A stretch of 64,000 nt of DNA from Eledone cirrhosa (GCA_964016885.1 OZ024740.1:165788001-165852000), one strand, 5' to 3'. Positions 33,624-46,780 are shown, counted from the stretch's first letter. Notes: generated by a model not told the origin, from the sequence alone. Numbers and translations: made by a program.

Positions 33624-34623
33624 CTCATTCTCTCTCTCTCTTCTCTCGCTCTCATATTTTCTTCTTTTTTTTTCACCTTCTTCTAGAGATTTTTTGCCTA
33701 TGAATTAGCACCTTGGTTGTGCTGGTTCTAGTGAGATAATAATAGCATTTTAGCCACATTTCAGCCCTGAATGAGCAGACTAGTAATAAAATGCTCCCAA
33801 TCTGTGATCATTACGTCATTTTGTTTTATATATTTAAGATCAAATAGTTGAATGTATCCTTCATTTGAAAAACGATACGGTGTGATGTTCAGAAAATGGT
33901 ATAGGAGCGATGTGATGCACAGTGGATCTGAACCTGAATCCACCTTGTTGCAGCATGAACAACTTAAACACACAGCCATACATGCACTTATTTTTCTATA
34001 ATATTTTCAATCTTATATATATGCATTTTCATAATCCCCTTTTTGGGGGGAGATATCTAATTACTTGTTGATTAGTGACAAAACATCAATAAATCGCTGA
34101 TAAGAACAACAAACTTTGATGATGAAAGCCGCACTGAAGATGATGACAGCACTTCATTAAGTTAGAAATTTATATTGGATATTTTTGTCAGTGTTTAATT
34201 TTCGCTTTCGACAACTGATAAAATTGATTAATATCTCACAGCGAAAAAAAAGAAGAATAACAATAACAGCATATAATATTAATAATACTAACCATAATAA
34301 TAATAATAGTGATGATGAAGATGATTTCTTTATTATTTTTGTTTATATCTTTAATAATAACAATAATAATGATTTCATTTATTGGCCACAAGGGCCGACA
34401 TATAGGGGACAACACAATAGACAGGGACAGTGGGGGTTTACATAGAGATCGAGTAAGTATAAATAACAAAAAAACAAAATAACAATAAAAATACAACAAT
34501 GAAAGTTCCCCAATAAGAGGGATCACCACCCAGGGTTGACTCAAGCACCCCACCAGTCCTGAGCCACCCGACGCTCCTAGGGCACCCGGGAAGGGCACCC
34601 CTCTCCTTCTCAAATTCACCAGC

Positions 34624-37600
34624 CTACAGGCGCATGATCAGAGTAGGCCCACTCACGCGGGCCATTCTCGCCACATTCACCCACCTTTCAGTAAATGTAC
34701 TGGGGGGCAGCACTTCTCTCTCCACCCTCACCTTCCTTTCCAAGTGAAACTTGAAGAAGTTGATGAGGGATTGGCCGAAGAGAAAAGTGTCTGTCTTCAG
34801 TCCTTTCAACCTGGTCCACCATGCAACCTCTTTCGCTACTGCCACCAGGCAGAGGAAAATTGCCTGCCCTTCCTGACCAAAAGAAGGCGGCGGGTCAATC
34901 TTCACTATGGACTCGGACGATAGCCGGATCCGTTCTACACGCGACAATAGCTGTTCGACATAACCCCACAAGTCAGCAATGCACGGACACTGGACGAGTG
35001 CGTGCAGAACGGTTTCGTCGCTCTGCGCGCATCTCGGGCAGGTTCGTCTGACAGCACTTCCGTGCCTGTAGAGTTTATCCCGAACCGGCAGCGCCCCCCG
35101 GTAGCACTGCCAAGCGAGGGATTTCTGGAAGTTATCCATCGTCCCCGGCTCGAAAGTCCTCCGGAACATACTGGTCAGTTCTACTTCGTTGACGCCCAGA
35201 ACCTCTCCTAGTACGTCATCGCACTTGCCCTCCACTAATCCTCTATAGAAATCTTGAGTGGAAGTTCCACTGACCGCATTGCCCACCTTGCAGAGTGCAG
35301 TGAGCGCCTGGCAACATTCCAGATGCCAGTCGCCCAGTCTCGGTCTCTTCTTGACCCAGGACTGCAGCTCAGTCAAAGAGATGAGCTGCGGAAAGGCCCG
35401 TCTAACAAACGGCGACCACACCTGTTCACCGTTTAGGCAAAATATCTGGAGATGTCGCAGCCTCAGCGCATGTCTGCGCATCATTAGCCACGGCATGCCC
35501 AGCCCTCCACGAAGAGGGTGCTGGCAGCAGATGGACCGCCTCACCAACGGGACCCGTCCCCTCCACAAAAATTTGAAAAGGAGCCGTTCCAAATTGGCGA
35601 GGCGTGGACGGGGGCAAGGCACGACGGTCAGGCGGTAGTAGATGACGGACGCGATGTACGCGTTCGCCACCTCCGCCCGCCCTTTCAGTGATAGCTTTCT
35701 CTCAGCCCATTTCTGGGTGAGGTTGGCTATCCTGCTCGTCACCTCGTCCCAATTCTTATCCACCTGGAGGTCTGGTCCGAACCAAACCCCGAGCAACTTT
35801 ACCGGTCCGTCTGTCCAGCGCCCAACGACGCTGTTGGACGGCATGGACTTGCCTCTCCAGGTGCCGAGCTGCAAGCCCACCGACTTTTCCGGGTTGAGTT
35901 TTGCTCCCGTCAACCTTTCATATTCCTCCAAATGGGTGCGGATCACCTCGATTTCCGAGGTGTCCGACACCATCACGGTGATGTCGTCCGCATAAGCGGA
36001 CGCAGCCTTTCTACGTCCCGGTTCGAGCGGGATGCCCTGCAACAACTCCAGCTTCCGCAGTAGAGGCTCAAGAGTCAATACGTACAGAAGTGAGGAGAGA
36101 GAGCACCCTTGACGGACCGATCGAGAGATCTGAAACGGTTCCGAGAGGTGGCCATTAACTTTGACCACCGAGCAGATGCCGCTCTACATTGCAGCGATCC
36201 AGCTTCTGAAGACGGGGCCGAAGCCAGCCGCCTCGAGGACAGCCTCCAAGTACCGATGGTCGACCCTATCGAATGCTTTCGATTGATCTAAATTGATCAG
36301 AGCCCCACCGAAGCCAGGTTAGCACCCAACCCTCTCTATGATGTATCGCATGAGGTGGAGGTTGTCGTGTATGGACCTGGTCGGGATTGCGCAAGTTTGC
36401 GCCTCCCCAACCAAATCTTTGACGACAAGCGCCAACCTTTTCGCTAACACCTTGGCCAAAATCTTAAACTCTGTGTTGAGCAGGGTTATGGGCCTGAAAT
36501 TATCTAGTGTGTCCCTCTTGTTCTCGTCTTTCCTTATCAGCGTCACTACGCCACGGCTCACAGAACTGGGAATGCTCCCGTTCTGCTGCCAGTTGCAGTA
36601 GAGCGCTTCGAGGAGATCGGAGAACAAGTCTGGCAAATTTACGTAAAGCTCGTAGGGCAGACCATCCAAACCGGGTGACTTGCGACTCGAGCAGCCGACA
36701 AGGGCGTCCTGAATTTCGACTGATGTTATCGGCTCTTCGCAGCGCTCAGCGTCGGCCGTCGAGAGGCGTGGCAAGCCGTCGAGGTAGGGACTGAAGTCCG
36801 CCGCCGTCTCCGACTCACCCATCCTCCCGAACAATCGAGCAAAGTGCTGGCGAAAGGCCTCACACATCTGCTTGGAATCGTTCAGTTCGTGTCCATCTCG
36901 ATCCGTCAAAGACCGAATTGTGGTTTTATTTCCACGCTGCGTCTCTGCAAAGCGAGCCCATCGGGCAGCTTTGGTTCCCTCGTTCCTCAGAGCACGCGCC
37001 TTAGCTCTGACAATGCAACCTTCGTGTTTCGCATTGAAGAAATGGTCTAGTGCCATTCTCGCCGCTAGCACGTCTGTTGCAATGCCACTACAAATAGCCT
37101 CGTCTAACTTAGCTATCAGCCCCTCCTCCTTTCTATTTTTCTCTATTGCTACTTCTTTGCTAAATCCTATCGAGGTTGCTCTAATCTCTCTTTTGAGAAC
37201 CCCCCACCACCTGTTGTTGACAACCCCCCCTGTCAACTTTTGCTTAACTAAGTTGTTGACCCGGTCCCTGTAAGCTTTACGTGCCGGAAACGACATGTTT
37301 AGCTTCCAGTAGCTAGGTCCTAACCTACGTGTCTTATCTAGGTCGGCCATACAGATCACAAGCTTGTAATCTGAATAGGCGACCGTTTTAAAATGTGGAC
37401 ATCCTACACTATTTCTATCTCTTTTCCTAATGAAAATCCTATCTATGTACGATCTAGATGACCCTATGCGATTGGTCCAGGTCCATACTGGCGCATTAGG
37501 GAAATCTAGTCGGTACCTGTCAGACAGTTGAAACTGGCTGATCAGGTACTTGAGGCTTTTGCACCCCCCGCTCCTATCAGATACTCCCACACAATCCCAG

Positions 37601-38043
37601 CGTGCTTCTAAGATGCCATTCCAATCCCCTATTAACAGTAAAGGGCGAGACGTAAGCAGAAAGTTTTCCAGGCGCCTAAAGAAGTCCGGCCGACCGGCCC
37701 CAGTAGGGGCGTAGACGGCCACCAGTCTAAAGGCACCACCTTCGCTATTGCTCACGTCCAGGACCACCAACTTTCCGTCAGGATCCCGGAAGATTGACCT
37801 TACCTCGAGATCCAGACATTTCCTAAACAGCACAGCCACTCCACCTCCCATTCCCGGCCGACTAACAGATGCAAAGATCTGATAATCGTCGAAAATCGGC
37901 GCCAGTGCGCGTGTGTCGGAAATTCTGGTCTCGCTGATGGCAATTACATCCATTCCTAGTGACCTGAGGTCGTTGAGCAAGTGACCTTGCTTCCAGGGCG
38001 ACCCCAGGCCACGAACATTTAAACTTCCTACTCTTATCGCCAT
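34624..38043 (-). pseudogene. LINE ORF2 (AP endonuclease, reverse transcriptase, C-terminal CCHC); 1139 codons in one frame with two nonsense codons
   Basis: GSLNVRGL, ISET, AVYAP, IGDWN, YIDRIF (APE); [38 protein letters not shown] (RT); CPRC-x8-H-x4-C. The ORFs 36319-38043 and 34624-36168 are in frame, with stops TAA at 36319-36321 and TAG at 36184-36186. Confidence 0.93.
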
Positions 38044-38479
38044 GCTGGCAGGATGAATGGGAGAGGAAAGGTTTACTTACCTTCCGGGGTCTTGTGAAGG
38101 TCGGGTGGTTCGACCTCCATGGTTTGTGGGGTTTCTTTTGGGAACCCCTTTAATAGTCTTGAAGTGGGTTTTATGTTTGGGGTTCCCACATCCCGAGGAA
38201 AGCTCTTTCGAATTTCTTTGTATGAAGCGAGCGACATTCGCATCAGAAGCAAATTATCTGGTACGCGAAATGTACTCGCTTCAAATGTTTCCCCCTCTTT
38301 TTCGATGTTTGTGCTTCCTTGTTGGCCCTTCTGGCAAGCACGAAGTTTTTAATGTTTTGTTGCTCGGGTTTTATTTGTTCGTGTGATTGTGGTGGTGATA
38401 GCTTTGTTAGTGTTGTTTCTATTGTGTCTGCGTTTGTTGTGGGTGGGGTGTCTGTAGTTTCTGATGTTTGTGTGTCTAT

Positions 38480-39961
38480 TTATTCTTGTGTCTGTTTAGC
38501 TTGTTTGCGTTTGGGGGATTTTGGTGGTTGTGTTGGTGATGCTGTGGGGAAAATATTTGTGTGGGTGGTGTGTGTATTTTTTTTTGTGGGGGTGTTTGTG
38601 CTTTGTGGATTTCTTTTTTTTTTGTGTTTTGTTTTTTGTATTTTGGGGGACTTTGGTTTTCCCTCATCTTCACTGCTGGAGGATGAGGGGTCTGTGGCTG
38701 TGAGCGTGTTTGTGTCTGAGTGAGTGTTTATGTTCTTGTTCGTGTGTGTATTTTGGGGGGGAGGGGGGATGGGAGAGCTTTCCTCGTTTCCCCCCTGGGT
38801 GTGCAATTTTGGTGGTTCCATTGTTGACGGTGTTGCTGGTGGTCCTTGTCCCGGCGTCGCCAGCAGTGGAATCTTTCGACCCCTTGCGCTTTTCGGCAGT
38901 TGAGGGCAGAAGGCTCGCAAGTGTGTCGTTTCCCCACAAAGGAAACAATGCGGCCTTTTGCCCTCAGTCATTATATGCAACACCCTCCCGTTTTGGAGGC
39001 GGATGTGGTCCGGGATTGCTTTTACGTTTTCGGGTCTGATTTGGAGCAGTATCTCCAGATCAACCCCGGACCAGTCGTCCCTGGCAGTTCTCGTTGCCTC
39101 TACCGGGACTGTATCCGTTCCTTCCACGATTACGCACCTCAGGAGCCACCACATATCAAGTCCTGGTGGAATCCTGGGAATGCGCACACGTGCTATTCGT
39201 TTTCCCATGTGGGAGGGGTACATTATGACCTTGCTGGTTTTGCAAGGGGTCATTGAATGCTTCACAGCGAGGGCTTCAGACTTGAACAGCACCGAAACGG
39301 TGCCGTATTGCCTGCCCCTCTCTATGAAGTCTGTGTCCTCTCTGATGTATTTCAGTGCGGCTTCTATGTCAGCTTGGGCGATTATCGCTGCCCTCTTTGT
39401 CTCTACTGAGATGCATCTGAAATGCACCGTTCTTTTTTCCACTGCCTCAATGGCTTCTGCCGGGACAGTTAAGTTTGCCCAGGTCTGCTCTTGATTTATG
39501 ATTTTCCAGGCCTGGGCCAACTTTTCCTCTCTGTTGGTTAAGTCGATGCTGTAGCATGGTCTCCTTTTAGCCGCTGCCACAGCAGCGAAGGTGTTCTTGT
39601 TGGTGTTGTCACTGTTGTTGTTCTTGTTGGTGTTGCTGCTGCTATTGCTGTTGGTGTTCTCCCCTGTGTCGTGGTTACCCTCTGTGCTGTTGGCCTTGTT
39701 GGTGCTGTTGCTGTCGCTACTATTACTCTCTGTGCTGTTCGTTTTGTTGGTGCTCTCGCTATTACCACCTTCTGCGCTGTTCGGCTTGTTGGTGTTGGTG
39801 TTGTCGCTGTTACCACCTTCCGCGCCGCTCGGCCCGTTGGTGCTGGCACTGTCGCTGCTCACACTCGTGCTGGTGGCGCTCCTCGCCTCACCTCGCCTCT
39901 CAACGCTCAAGTCGCCGTTGCACGACAGCAGACCCGCCTCTAGGGGGCGTGGCTCCGCCAT
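38480..39961 (-). CDS. LINE ORF1 (gag-like nucleic-acid-binding protein, 493 aa)
   Basis: Open frame upstream of ORF2; zinc knuckle CFLCGETTHLRAFC (CX2CX4HX4C); Asn/Ser/Thr-rich repeated N-terminus; Pro/Lys/Thr-rich tail. Confidence 0.88.
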   Translation of the reverse strand: MAEPRPLEAGLLSCNGDLSVERRGEARSATSTSVSSDSASTNGPSGAEGGNSDNTNTNKPNSAEGGNSESTNKTNSTESNSSDSNSTNKANSTEGNHDTGENTNSNSSSNTNKNNNSDNTNKNTFAAVAAAKRRPCYSIDLTNREEKLAQAWKIINQEQTWANLTVPAEAIEAVEKRTVHFRCISVETKRAAIIAQADIEAALKYIREDTDFIERGRQYGTVSVLFKSEALAVKHSMTPCKTSKVIMYPSHMGKRIARVRIPRIPPGLDMWWLLRCVIVEGTDTVPVEATRTARDDWSGVDLEILLQIRPENVKAIPDHIRLQNGRVLHIMTEGKRPHCFLCGETTHLRAFCPQLPKSARGRKIPLLATPGQGPPATPSTMEPPKLHTQGGNEESSPIPPPPQNTHTNKNINTHSDTNTLTATDPSSSSSEDEGKPKSPKIQKTKHKKKRNPQSTNTPTKKNTHTTHTNIFPTASPTQPPKSPKRKQAKQTQE

Positions 39962-42439
39962 GATTTTTTGAGAAAAAAATTATTATTTTTTCCAAAATAA
40001 AGTTCAAATATTTGGGCCAAAAGGCCCAAATATTATGAGTTATTCCTTCACAGGATACAAATGAATGTCTTATAATGCTTCAGCGGTACAAAAAATAAAC
40101 AATTCTCTACAATTAATCCTCAAAAAATTGCTTACTCACGGAGCTTCAAAAAACGTACATCCACTTTCGTCAATAATAACAATAATAATGAGAATAAAAA
40201 TAGAACAAAACCAAATAAATGACAATAAAATATCGTTATTTTTACAGCTGGACTACCATGTTTTGGGTTTTATTATTTTTTAGTAATTATTTTATTTTCA
40301 ATTTCATGGTGGTGTAAACTTATATAATATTCAATGTATATCTTACTGCTTTCAAATATTATTTTTTATTTTGCTTTTGAAAGTTATTTATTTCCGTTGA
40401 AGCTTACTTTTGACGCGGAATTAATTCTCATCTTTGATGAGTTTGGGTTTCACTGAAACCACTCTGTATTATCATTCTCTGGAGTGGCAGGTGTCATACG
40501 TTAGAGGTAAGTTTCCGATCACGAACAGACAGGGATAGTTATGACCTACTTTATATCGGTATGTAGACATAATCGATTTCACTAAATCTGAAATATTCTT
40601 AAGAAATGCATGAATGGCTTGCACTTTCACCCCTCCTCTATATGCTAAGATAATCGGGTCTTGTTATTGCTGCAGTTGTTGTTGTTTGGCTCGTTGTCAG
40701 CTCTAATCAAGCTGACTCATCAAATATGTTCATGCCATGCAATTTCAACTATTTTTTTTCAGGTATAGCATATCTAGGAGTATATTTTACAAATGGTCTT
40801 TTATTAAAATAAAATAGCAGGTGATGATATAAGGATGATATCTCTCTGATATAAGGATTATTTGGCATACTCTCGGGTCTCAAATAATCATCTCCTCCCC
40901 ACTTAATAATTCTTTTGATTTTTTTTTTCAACCCCAATCCCGCTCTTATTCTAAGCCCCCTGCTTACTAAATTTTGCTAATCTATCTCCATCAAAATTTT
41001 ATTTCAAGTGGTAGCATTGCTTGACATTATACATGACAAAAAATAAAATTACTAGAAATCCTATACGTTATAAAATAAATAGCATGGTTGGGATCTCAGT
41101 ATGTAAACTAACCGACTAATTCATTTTTTTTTAATCAACTGAGGCAATCTAGAAAAATTACCGATATTTCAACCTCCCCTGTATGATTTGGGACCCGAGA
41201 GTACGTAAGAATCTCTTTCTCTTTTTAATTAAATCTCTCTCTCTCCCTCCCCCCTCTCTCTCTCCCTCCCTCCCTATTTCTATCTCCCCCCTCTCTCTCT
41301 CACACACGCAAACAATCGGATGCTTTACATATCTAGGAAATAATTTGTATGAAATTTCTACTTTATTACAACTTATCTTTCACGTTCGTACTCACCCATA
41401 GAGCATTCAAGGAATTTTCACATTTTATTCATTATTCTCACATGTTCTTCTTTCTGTTTGGAAAATCCCAAATTCATGACATTTGTGCCCTCGTCTGCCG
41501 GTCCTAAACACAAGAGACTGAGGTCAAAGCATATTATAAAAAATAATTAAAAAACCCAGAAATATGGATACACTGTCCAAGGTCGATGACGGATAAATCT
41601 GTAAGACGATGATATATTTAAAGGTAAATACACTGGGCTGAGATTCGGTTAGTATTGAAGTTATGTGTATGTGTTTGAAACCGATCGCATGCACATCAGA
41701 TTTGCTTAGCTATATATATATATGTACACTGCTTACAAGCAGCAACACTCACGATTTATATCGTTATATACATAAATATCGAACAAAAGAAAAGCAATCT
41801 AACACACATTTGATGTAGAGTTTTGAAAAGTGGTTGATGCTAAATCAAAATATGAAAATAAGAAAAATGCAGCAAAGACCTAGTTTTCATTCACTCAATA
41901 ATCGCCAAGTGTTATTTACATTTAACTTCCATATTGTTATTTCTATAATTCCTGCCTTATAAACTTGTTTTGTCGGTGATTATGTGTTGTTTTCGCAGCA
42001 ATGAGTAATAATAGTAATGGTAATGTTGATATTGACAGTAGCGATAAAAATATCAATAATGGTGATGTTGGGGATAATGATGGTGTACTTGGTGATAAGA
42101 GAACTTGTCATGTTTGATTAGCATCGATTTTGGGATAGCCATTGACCTGAAAACTATAACTAAACCACAATGACTGGAGTTAAATCAGATCAAGAAAGAA
42201 TAGAAAAAAACTGGAAAAAAAAAAAAATACAGAGAGGTGGGAGAGACGGCAAGAAGAGAGAAATTTAAATCGGAAGGGGATGGTCAAGCGAAGCAGAAAG
42301 TGAACACACACACAAACACACACACGCATTCTCTCTCTCTCTTATAGATCAATATTCAAAATTTTGCTCTTTATTTAAAGGAGATTAATATATATAATAT
42401 TTATATATGGAGAGAGAGAGAGAGAGAGAGGGATAGAGA

Positions 42440-42470
<31 letters not shown>

Positions 42471-42937
42471 TTATAGGAAATATTCGCTATAATCCTGCTC
42501 ACTTAATGGGATATGGTTTGAAGGTGTATCGAGCAAAACTTGTCCCAGATTGCTAACCAAGTGAATATTCGTTATGCGGCAGTAGAACGTGCTTGTATAT
42601 CTGTACTATAAATACATCTGTGTATGTCTTCCAAAGTTTCCGAAACGGTGCATCCTAGAGAAAAACGGTTTTTATTTTCGAAATCAACGTCCCAAGGAGA
42701 ATGTTTTAGAGTTGTTAATTATGAAAAATGTAATTGTTGCGAGATATAAATCAACTAAAAGACCACCAATATTGAATATCATTAGAATCCACAACTGTCA
42801 GAATACATCTCTCTATATAACTATCGGTTTCTCTCTGTATTTTAAGCTTTTCTATCTGTCTCTATCTGTATTTTATGCTTTTCCCTCTATGTATATCATT
42901 ACCACACTCGCTCACCCACTTTCTGTAACTTCTATGT

Positions 42938-43072
42938 AGGTAGTGGTAGTAGTAATAGTAGTGGTAGTGGTAATAGTGTTGGTGATGGTAGGTAGTATTA
43001 GTAGTAGTGATGGTGGTAGTAGTAATAGTTGTTGCATTAGTAGTGATGGTGGTAGTAATAGTAGGAGGATGA
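42938..43072. repeat. Degenerate (GTA/GTG)n trinucleotide repeat
   Basis: Read directly; abuts the Pif1 fragment. Confidence 0.85.
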
Positions 43073-43765
43073 GGAAAGTTTAGACAAACTGTCCCAGTCA
43101 TTCTAAAAGGGCAATATGATTGATCAAATCCGAGCCCATTTGAAAAGATCGACTGTTTGGACTTCTATCAAAGCTTTGAATCTCACTACAAACACGAGGG
43201 CATAATTTGGTGGAGAGAAACAATCAGAGCAGTCTGCCCAGAATCTATTAATGCTTGGGGACGGTAGACTTCCTATAGATAGAAAGGGAGCTGTTGATAT
43301 AAATCCCATAGGCCCGATAGTGGAATCTTTATTACATCTCATACAAAAAGTTATGCCTAATCTTGAATATCAGTTCGCAAATCACAAGTGGATCAGTGAA
43401 AAAGCTATATTGACTCCGAAAAATGTGACTGTGAAATTTGGAAATCAAGAGCTGTTAAGAAGAATTCGAAAGACTTCGAAGCTCTATCAATCTGTCGACT
43501 CTGTGGTGGAACAGTCGGAAGCTGTATCGAACAGAGTTCCTCATCTCTGTATCGACAGAGTTCCTCATCTCTTTAGAACAATCAGAAATGCCTCCACATG
43601 CCCTTCTCATTAATGAAGGAGCACCCATCATCTTATTTGAACCCACCAAGGCTATGCAGCAGCACTCGATTGGTTGTGAAAAATATGTATTTACACGTAA
43701 TTCAAACCAACATTCCAACAGGATGTGGTTGGGGAGAGGGCTGTTCGTCCCAAGAATTCCTTTAT
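43073..43765 (+). pseudogene. Decayed Pif1-family helicase fragment, probably Helitron RepHel
   Basis: GKFRQTVPVILKG (motif III-like, cf. GDFRQTLPV), LNLTTNTR, LLMLGDG, AILTPKN, Y-SVDSV, MPPH-L-I--GAPIIL, NPPRLC--TRLVVK, FVPRIPL; stops and frameshifts; no introns. Confidence 0.85.
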
Positions 43766-43792
43766 GTATGAACATGTATATATATACACATG

Positions 43793-43847
<55 letters not shown>

Positions 43848-43965
43848 ATATGTGGATATATATGTATATATATATATGTGTATATTTATCTGTATATATC
43901 TATATATAGATATTTCTAATGACTTTACTTTTTATTTCGTTGTTTTAACTTCTAATAATAATAAT

Positions 43966-44004
<39 letters not shown>

Positions 44005-44122
44005 TACATATACACAGATTTATACATGTATATTTATATATACATGTATAAATCCAGGTTCGTACGTTCGTTGATTGTATGAAGACAAACTTGTTCAACC
44101 TGTGCCGATGTCAAAGAACCAG

Positions 44123-44186
<64 letters not shown>

Positions 44187-44811
44187 ATTGTATGTGTTAG
44201 TCCACTAGATACATTCGTAGAAGTTTTGAACACATGTGCCTAACTACTTAATTGTTTTATCAGATAACTTTGTTAGTAATATTAAATATGCAATTAATGC
44301 ATGCATCCTTCAAGACTACAAACAGCTGAGCTTCTGTGTCGATGGATGTCTGTTAATATTCCGCTGGGACAACTCTATTCAGGCAAATCTCGACTGTATC
44401 GTCTTTCTTGCTTTCAACAAGTTGCTTTAGACTGAGACTATATGAAAGATAAACTTATATACTGGGGAATATCCATTTTGTCTTAACTTAGCAGTAAATT
44501 TGTGTTAGCACTTTAGAATTTGCAGATATTCTTTGGTAGTTTTTTAAAAATGAAATTGCTAGATAAATAAATAAATTCATATGTAAATAAGTAAGAACCT
44601 CTCTGCTCGTGTACACACATTTTACTTTGTATGTTTGACATATGTTTAATGACTAATAGGGTGGGAGTAGTAGACTAGAGATACTTACCTACCGCGGAAC
44701 GGATATGATCAGAAATGTGATCTTAGTATTAAGACCATCTTGATATATTCAATACCAATGTGACTGACTCAGTTCCCTATAAAAGACATTTTGTGTACAC
44801 ACACGCACACA

Positions 44812-44916
<105 letters not shown>

Positions 44917-46237
44917 GCGCGCGCACACGCACACGCACAATGCAGATGTTAAACTTTTGGTCTTAATTGATTTTAATCTAGGAGACCACATTTCACTAAA
45001 CACTTTGGAGAGCATTGAACGCATTAGTGAATTCATTAAAACAAAACGGGCTTCACAACATACAATTAAAATATATAGAATCATTATTTTTATTCCTTTA
45101 AGATATAAGATCGTGTTATAATGCCTTGTGCCTTCTACACTGAATATTCAAACATAAAATTAGATGCATCGAAAAGTAGCAAGTATTTAATCTAAGCTGT
45201 TACAAAGCAGTTCATTTACTCAGTTCATCGATTATTTGAGCGGTAGGATATATTCAGATATTAAACAACCAAGGAATGGGAACAAAATATTTCGGGAAGT
45301 CAATTCTTGTGCATTTAGGTTTAAGCAATTTTCACGAAATCATGTTCTGCTGAACTAGATCTGATTAACCTATTCAAAAATAAAATAATCAGCAACAAAT
45401 TGTATAGTTAATTTCCCAATGGAGAACATATATATAACAGTTTTGTAGAAGTAACGAATAAAAGATTAAATAAACATGAAAACAATTATAATCATCCCCC
45501 CCCCCCCCACACACACACAAGCACCCCCCCCCCCCCCCCACAAGCACCCCCCCCCCCAACAAAAAAATTATTTACATTTCCCATTTCCTACTTTGTCGTC
45601 CCCCCCCCACCCCCCGCATCATTTTCACAGAAAATTGCCCGAAATTATTTTAAAGTAGTTTATTTATAGTCATTTATATCTCATAAAACACTTTCAAAAA
45701 TGTACGAAACCTGCTTTTCAAAACATCCCTAAAATAAGGTTTCACCTGTTGTTATGGATACTTCGGCTGTTACGTTTGTAGCAATATAATTAGTTGTTTC
45801 TTGTCTAGAATTACTAATTTTCTTCCAGTTTCAAGAATTTTAGCTCTAACGTAAAAATACATTCGTCTGCTGTATTTGAGTAAATATGTTTTAGTGAAGA
45901 CTTTCTCTCATAGCGTGTGTACCGCTGTGTTATGTGTAATTCTATATATGTATACCACTTTATTTTAATTTCATCAATACGACTATATTATACGATAGTT
46001 CTTGGTTTTGTGCGTGGATTAGTACATTTTGTGCACATGATTTATTTTGAAAAATACTTTTGCACAAAGTTCTAGTACTTTGGGGAGAAACTAAATGTTT
46101 CGTTTAAAAAAATTATATCCTTTCTTTTAAGTTTATATATATGTATATGTAGGGGAAGAAGAGATAAACAATTACGTCACATTAGTAAATAAGGGTAAGC
46201 AACTTAACAAAGAAGGACAAGACAACGAACGGATATG

Positions 46238-46275
<38 letters not shown>

Positions 46276-46665
46276 TGTGTGTGCATGCGTGAGTGTGTAT
46301 ATTGCGTTTCTGTATGAGTAATTTCTTATCTAATGTGCTGTATTTGTTTCAGTAATAAATGAAGCTAAACTTGAAACACTGAAGCAATAATAGCAATATC
46401 AGTAATAACAAGCTTTTAGCAGTAATTCTCATTTTAAGTAGCTATAAAGTAATTGGCCTCTATAACAATATATTAATATAATAACACTCTTTTGATGATA
46501 CAATGCCTAAAATAGCAGAAAACTGGAGTAGGAACAGGGGAGACAAGCTTAATTAGTGAAACTAACTGCCTCGCTTCCAACCTATAATAATTTCTTTAAA
46601 TGATCATTGAAATATACTATTGTAAATGTCAGGGAGTGAATTTATTCAACATTTTATGAAATTTA

Positions 46666-46780
46666 ATAATTGTTTCTACTTTTTGGCACAAGGCCAGCAA
46701 TTACCCAGTACATTACTAGTACTTTATTTTATCGACCCCGTAAGGATGAAAGGCAAAGTTAACCTCGGCGGGATTCGAAA
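46666..46780 (-). mobile_element. tRNA-derived SINE (family B, short-tail variant)
   Basis: Near-identical to 58188-58292 and to the reverse complement of ~63830-63936. Confidence 0.8.

Larger units (their letters stand above)
34373..40171 (-). mobile_element. Full-length Tx1/L1-clade LINE (5799 bp) with a 20-bp target-site duplication
   Basis: ORF1 plus an APE-RT-zinc finger ORF2. Identical AATAATAACAATAATAATGA at 34353-34372 and 40172-40191. AATAAA (minus strand) at 34378-34383. GC content is sharply higher than the flanks. Confidence 0.95.

Noticed and set aside
38045-38080. 36-nt GTAAGT...CAG mini-intron fusing ORF1 to ORF2
   Set aside because: Very short for an animal intron, and removal would not put the extended ORF1 frame in frame with the ORF2 ATG.
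34821-39971. Plus-strand ORFs overlapping the LINE
   Set aside because: Antisense shadows of GC-rich ORF1/ORF2 with no recognisable motifs.
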